A stretch of 10,184 nt of DNA, the filler included, from Bacteriovoracaceae bacterium (GTDB lineage: Bacteria > Bdellovibrionota > Bacteriovoracia > Bacteriovoracales > Bacteriovoracaceae): the NCBI GenBank assembly GCA_965217035.1. It is 2 parts of 2 records of this genome, joined end to end, with 100 filler letters (N's around TTAATTAATTAA, not from the genome) between each part and the next. Parts side by side here need not be neighbours in the genome. Positions count along the whole stretch, not along the records: positions 5,043 to 10,184 come from CBDCHD010000002.1; 1 more part is not named here. The stretch is one strand, 5' to 3'. How positions within the stretch are numbered: position 1 is the stretch's first letter; each line of letters opens with the position of its first letter. Below are positions 6,855 to 10,184 of the stretch, piece after piece. Both the position numbers and the translations under genes were made by a program. The notes under the pieces are model-generated. The model worked only from the letters and a program-made list of their open reading frames with translations, had not been told where the DNA came from and did not search any database.

Positions 6855-8170
6855 AGTGAAAAGCTTAGGCAAATAGATCGAAGGTAAAGCAGTCCAAGTG
6901 CTCCTTTAACCTTTAAGTGTTTTTGTTTTTGGTCTAATAAAATTAGTTCTTTTGCTTCAAGATCTAAGAGTCTTAAATCAAGAATTCTCTCCTCATCTTC
7001 CCATAAGAAACTATAAAGTTCTTGATAGTGAACTTCTTTCTTGGTTATCAAGTCAAAGATGATTGTTTTTAAGAATCAATTCTTTTTTGGTTAATTCATA
7101 GGTGAAGCTAGGACCTTGTGCTAGTTTCACTTGTGCTTGATATTTTTCTAAGATTTTATGGTTTTGCGTATAGGCACCAGCGTACTCACTAATTGCAGAT
7201 ACACCTAGACCAAGCATTATTGGTGACTTCCTCGGGGCAAAACCAAACGTCCGTTCGTTCTAATAATGGTCTTGCTCCTTCTTGATAAAAGAGACTGTCA
7301 TGACTCTTTCTAAGAAAGAAATCCATACCTTGATAAGTATAAGGCATTGAATCTTCTATTAATTGTGAAATTAATCTTGCTTGGGTTTTCAAAGATCTCA
7401 TGCTCCTTTGGATTATGAACTCCCCCCAAGGATCGTTGAATCTTCTCAAGCCAGGGAACTTTGATATAGGGATATAGATAAAAGGAATCAGGATTAAGTT
7501 CAGAAAGAAAATGCCTATTAACCTTCCAGGTTTCTTTTGTTTGCCCGGGAAGTCCATTCATTAGATCCCAGTTAATATGTTGGAAGTTATAATGCCTTAG
7601 TTTTATTAAGGTCCTAGCTAATGATTCTGTATCTAATCCTCGATTAATATTCTTGGTAACTTTGGGTGAAAAATCTTGAATACCAATGGAGACATAATTA
7701 CAAGCGAACTCTTCGAGGACTTGGAGAAATTCATCTTTTAGGAGTTGAGGTGCCATTTCAATAGCTAGGCCTTGATGACTCCGATCGCGAAGTATTTGCG
7801 ATAATAGTTTTGCTAAATGCTTTCCTTGTAAATAATTAGGTGTACCTCCGCCAAAGTAAATATTGCCAATCTTCGTTTTTCCTAAGTATTGACGGTAAAA
7901 ATTCCATTCTTTTATTAAGTTATCGATATAATGCTCTTGAATACTTTGGTCTTTCGTCACATAAATATTCAGTCCACAAAAAGTACAGATAGACTCACAA
8001 AAGGGAATATGAATATAAAGATCAATTTGTTCAATTTTATGAAGAGATTGCAAATAATCTTTTAGATGTACTTTTTGATGCTCTTTTCCTTGCAAAGCTT
8101 TCCAGCCCTTGCGTGAAGGGTAGCTTGTAAATCTCGGAATAAGGTGAAAATACTCTTGATAAAGCTGCAA
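6851..8170 (-). CDS. hemN: Oxygen-independent coproporphyrinogen III oxidase (radical SAM), ~438 aa after repairing three frameshifts
   Basis: PRFTSYP, YIHIPFCESICTFCG (CxxxCxxC), YFGGGTP, SIGIQDF, NINR, DLMNGLPGQT, VPW. Later frames give GMDFF and MLGLGVSAIS...YTQN, then the C-terminal track ORF 6851..7051. Frameshifts within 7385-7427, at ~7251 and at ~7066-7070. Directly downstream of hemE. The TTG start is tentative. Confidence 0.85.
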
Positions 8171-8191
8171 AGTCTAATGCTCTCTCAATTA

Positions 8192-9238
8192 TTAAATATC
8201 TTGCTCATGGGCCATTTCAACTGCAAAACGAATATTTTCCTCTTTAGATTCTTTATGAAACTCCATGACCAAAACTGAAAATATAGCGACCAAGTAAGTC
8301 ACTATCTGATGTAATCTCTTTCCAGTAACTGCGGAGATTCCTTTCGAATTGTTCCTTTGGAAGAACCGCCCAAAATGGATCGATACCGCCCTGGATCCTG
8401 AAGTCGGAAGCAAACTCTTTTAGCGCACTGTTAATATCAATTCGCCAATCCATGCCAAGGATATCCACATTATGACATAGAGATTTATTTTCTTTGAATA
8501 AACGAAAGAAAGAAATAGGAGCTTTCTTTGCATAATAAAGAATACCAACTTCTGGGTAGTGTTGTTTAAAGGATTCGATTAGTTCTTGGAGAATTGGCAA
8601 TAGGAATTCTTGATAATCTACAATTCCAAGTTCTCCTGCGGCCGAGTCAAAAAGACAAATCATTTCAGCTCCGCCTCTAGCTTGTGCAATCATACTTTCG
8701 AGGAGCTCAGGAAACAGTACTTTACAAAAGTTAGTAAATCGACCGTCATAGAGACCAGTTTTGCTTTCAAGTATTCTTCCTGTGCTCGTACCTTCAACAG
8801 CATAGCAAAAGAGAGAAAAGGGAGTGCCCACAAAGCCTAATAATGTTTTTTCTTTAGGCAAGCTTTCGCGAAGCAGTTTTGTTGCTTGTTCTTGAAAGTC
8901 ATAAAACTCCTTGCCCTTAATCTCAACTTGAAGATTATGACATTGCTTAGGATCTTTTAAGTACCAATCTAATTTGGGTGGGCCTTGTTTAAAGCTTAGA
9001 CCCATGCCCATTTGCTCTAGGGGATAAAGGATATCAGAGAAAAGAATGGCGGCATCAAAATTGAAGCTTCGAATGGGGCCCCATGGTTACTTCACAGGCA
9101 AGTTCAGGCTTTTTACAAAGTTCTTCAAAGCTGTGCTGCTTTCTTAGACCTTGATAATGTTGATGGTAACGGCCGGCCTGGCGCATAAGCCATATAAGGT
9201 ACTCCCTTCGAAGTAGAGATAGGACTAGATTGATTCAT
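8192..9238 (-). CDS. hemE: Uroporphyrinogen decarboxylase, ~347 aa after repairing three frameshifts
   Basis: Reconstructed [28 protein letters not shown]...[38 protein letters not shown], then [50 protein letters not shown] at 9238 with AGGA at 9245-9248. Frameshifts at ~9196, ~9075-9078 and ~8258-8260. Confidence 0.95.
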
Positions 9239-9248
9239 GATAAATCCT

Positions 9249-9276
9249 ATGAATGAAGAATGAATAAGTAATGAAT
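9249..9276 (-). repeat. Three direct ATTCAT hexamers with 11-bp period; candidate transcription-factor site
   Basis: Plus-strand ATGAAT at 9249, 9260 and 9271 (the last two extend to AATGAATA), in the 61-bp gap between the regulator stop and the hemE start. Confidence 0.5.
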
Positions 9277-9299
9277 ATTAATGTCTATATTATTTTGAA

Positions 9300-10026
9300 T
9301 TAGGTCAATACTTGCATTTTATAACCTACACCGCGCACGCTTACAATTTTTACTTTACCATCATTGCCTTGCTCGCAGTATTTACGCAATCGAACAATAT
9401 GATTATCCACGCTTCTTTGCGATGGGTACTGCTGCGTTCCCCATACTTCATCGATAATTGCATCTCGATCAATTGCTTGGTTGAGATTTTGGATTAGCAT
9501 GGAGAGTATGGTGCATTCTTTATGGGTCAGCTGATGGATTAGTCCCGCAGCATCCTTTAGTTCGAAAACTTGATGGAGTAAAGCTGGCCTTGCCAATAGG
9601 GTGAACCATATTGTTCCCAGTTGTCATTTTTTTTGAATCAACTTGCTCTTTCAGTTTTTGTAAACGAATCATTAATTCTCGGAGGGCAAAAGGTTTAGTC
9701 ATATAATCGCCCATGCCAAGCTCGAGACCTGCAAGCTTTACTTGAGGGTCATTTACTGCGGAAAGAAAAAGGATTCCCATTAGTTTGCTAGTTTCATCTT
9801 CTTGGCGCAATTTTCGGCACAGCTCCAGACCATTGCCATCAGCAAGATGGATATCCACAATGGCCAAGGAAGGAAGATTGCTTTGAGTCTTTTGCCACAG
9901 AGAAAACTCTCGAATACTTTTAAACCAATGCACTGAAAAATTATTTTCTTCAAGATAGTCTTTAAGATGCATGCCAAGTGCATGCTCATCTTCCAGTAAG
10001 AGAATGGGGTTATTGTTCTTTTTCAT
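9300..10026 (-). CDS. OmpR/PhoB-family DNA-binding response regulator, ~241 aa after repairing one frameshift
   Basis: Receiver domain: ILLLEDE, AIVDIHLADGNG (phospho-Asp), ILFLSA, DYMTKPF. Winged helix: LTHKE..IL, VWG, RSVDNHIVRLRK, SVRGVGY. Domains join by deleting one base, most plausibly in A4 at 9565-9568. ATG 10026 preferred over TTG 10041. Confidence 0.92.
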
Positions 10027-10184
10027 ATAATTGAAACTCAAGAATAAAAACTAGTCTTTCTTGCTGATCTATTTCTACTATAAGTTTACCTTTCATGGCA
10101 TGAAGAAGTTTCTTTGTTAAATAAAGACCTATACCTTGTCCTTTACTACTTTGATCCTTGTAAAAGAGTTGTCCAAGTTTGTTC
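10010..10184 (-). CDS. Sensor histidine kinase, C-terminal end of HATPase_c domain (5'-truncated; not in ORF track)
   Basis: Reading from 10183: NKLGQLFYKDQSSKGQGIGLYLTKKLLHAMKGKLIVEIDQQERLVFILEFQLYEKEQ*. Shows an F box (LFYK), G2 box (GQGIGLY) and MxG.l strand. Overlaps the regulator start by 17 nt. Confidence 0.88.
   Translation of the reverse strand, partial: NKLGQLFYKDQSSKGQGIGLYLTKKLLHAMKGKLIVEIDQQERLVFILEFQLYEKEQ

Noticed and set aside
782..9238. A combined 'T4SS plus heme biosynthesis' island
   Set aside because: The two parts are separated by an artificial spacer and differ in error profile. There is no evidence of physical linkage.
9233..9254. Possible hairpin pairing ATTCAT with the hemE start ATGAAT
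   Set aside because: A 6-bp AU-rich stem with a 10-nt loop is unlikely to be stable, and there is no riboswitch-like structure.
6433..9989. ORFs 6433..6711, 8610..8840, 9312..9497 and 9780..9989, and treating 6851..7051, 7189..7557, 8192..8413 and 9300..9596 as separate genes
   Set aside because: The first set are shadows of real genes. The second set contain frameshifted pieces of hemN, hemE and the regulator.
6851..10026. True pseudogenisation or programmed frameshifting of hemN, hemE and the regulator
   Set aside because: All lesions are single insertions with no shared slippery motif, no nonsense mutations and preserved catalytic residues. Sequencing error is more parsimonious, though not proven.
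1..10184. CRISPR arrays, tRNA/rRNA, IS elements, integrase, relaxase, oriT, intrinsic terminators
   Set aside because: None seen by eye. The window is almost fully coding and the intergenic gaps are at most about 80 bp.

Overview
The window is two separate sequence blocks joined by a synthetic 100-bp spacer (44 N + TTAATTAATTAA + 44 N, 4943-5042), so their adjacency is not evidence of linkage. Left block (1-4942, + strand, no frameshifts): part of a tightly coupled conjugative type IV secretion operon. It runs TraB/VirB10-like (5'-partial), short TraV-like lipoprotein, TraC/VirB4 ATPase with non-canonical motifs, secreted Cys-rich TraH/PFL_4711-like protein, and the start of a TraG_N-like membrane protein. 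The gene order is compact and F-type and ICE (MPF-G)-type sequence features look mixed, which makes this the best candidate for something poorly described. Right block (5043-10184): chromosomal-looking genes, namely a minus-strand run of sensor kinase (3' end only, absent from the ORF track), OmpR-family response regulator, hemE and hemN, plus four hypothetical genes. Five right-block genes are broken by ten frameshifts, each repairable by deleting one base, mostly in short homopolymers. This most likely reflects sequencing error, not biology. Three 11-bp-periodic ATTCAT repeats upstream of hemE are a candidate operator for the adjacent regulator. All family assignments come from motif recognition by eye; no database search was run.
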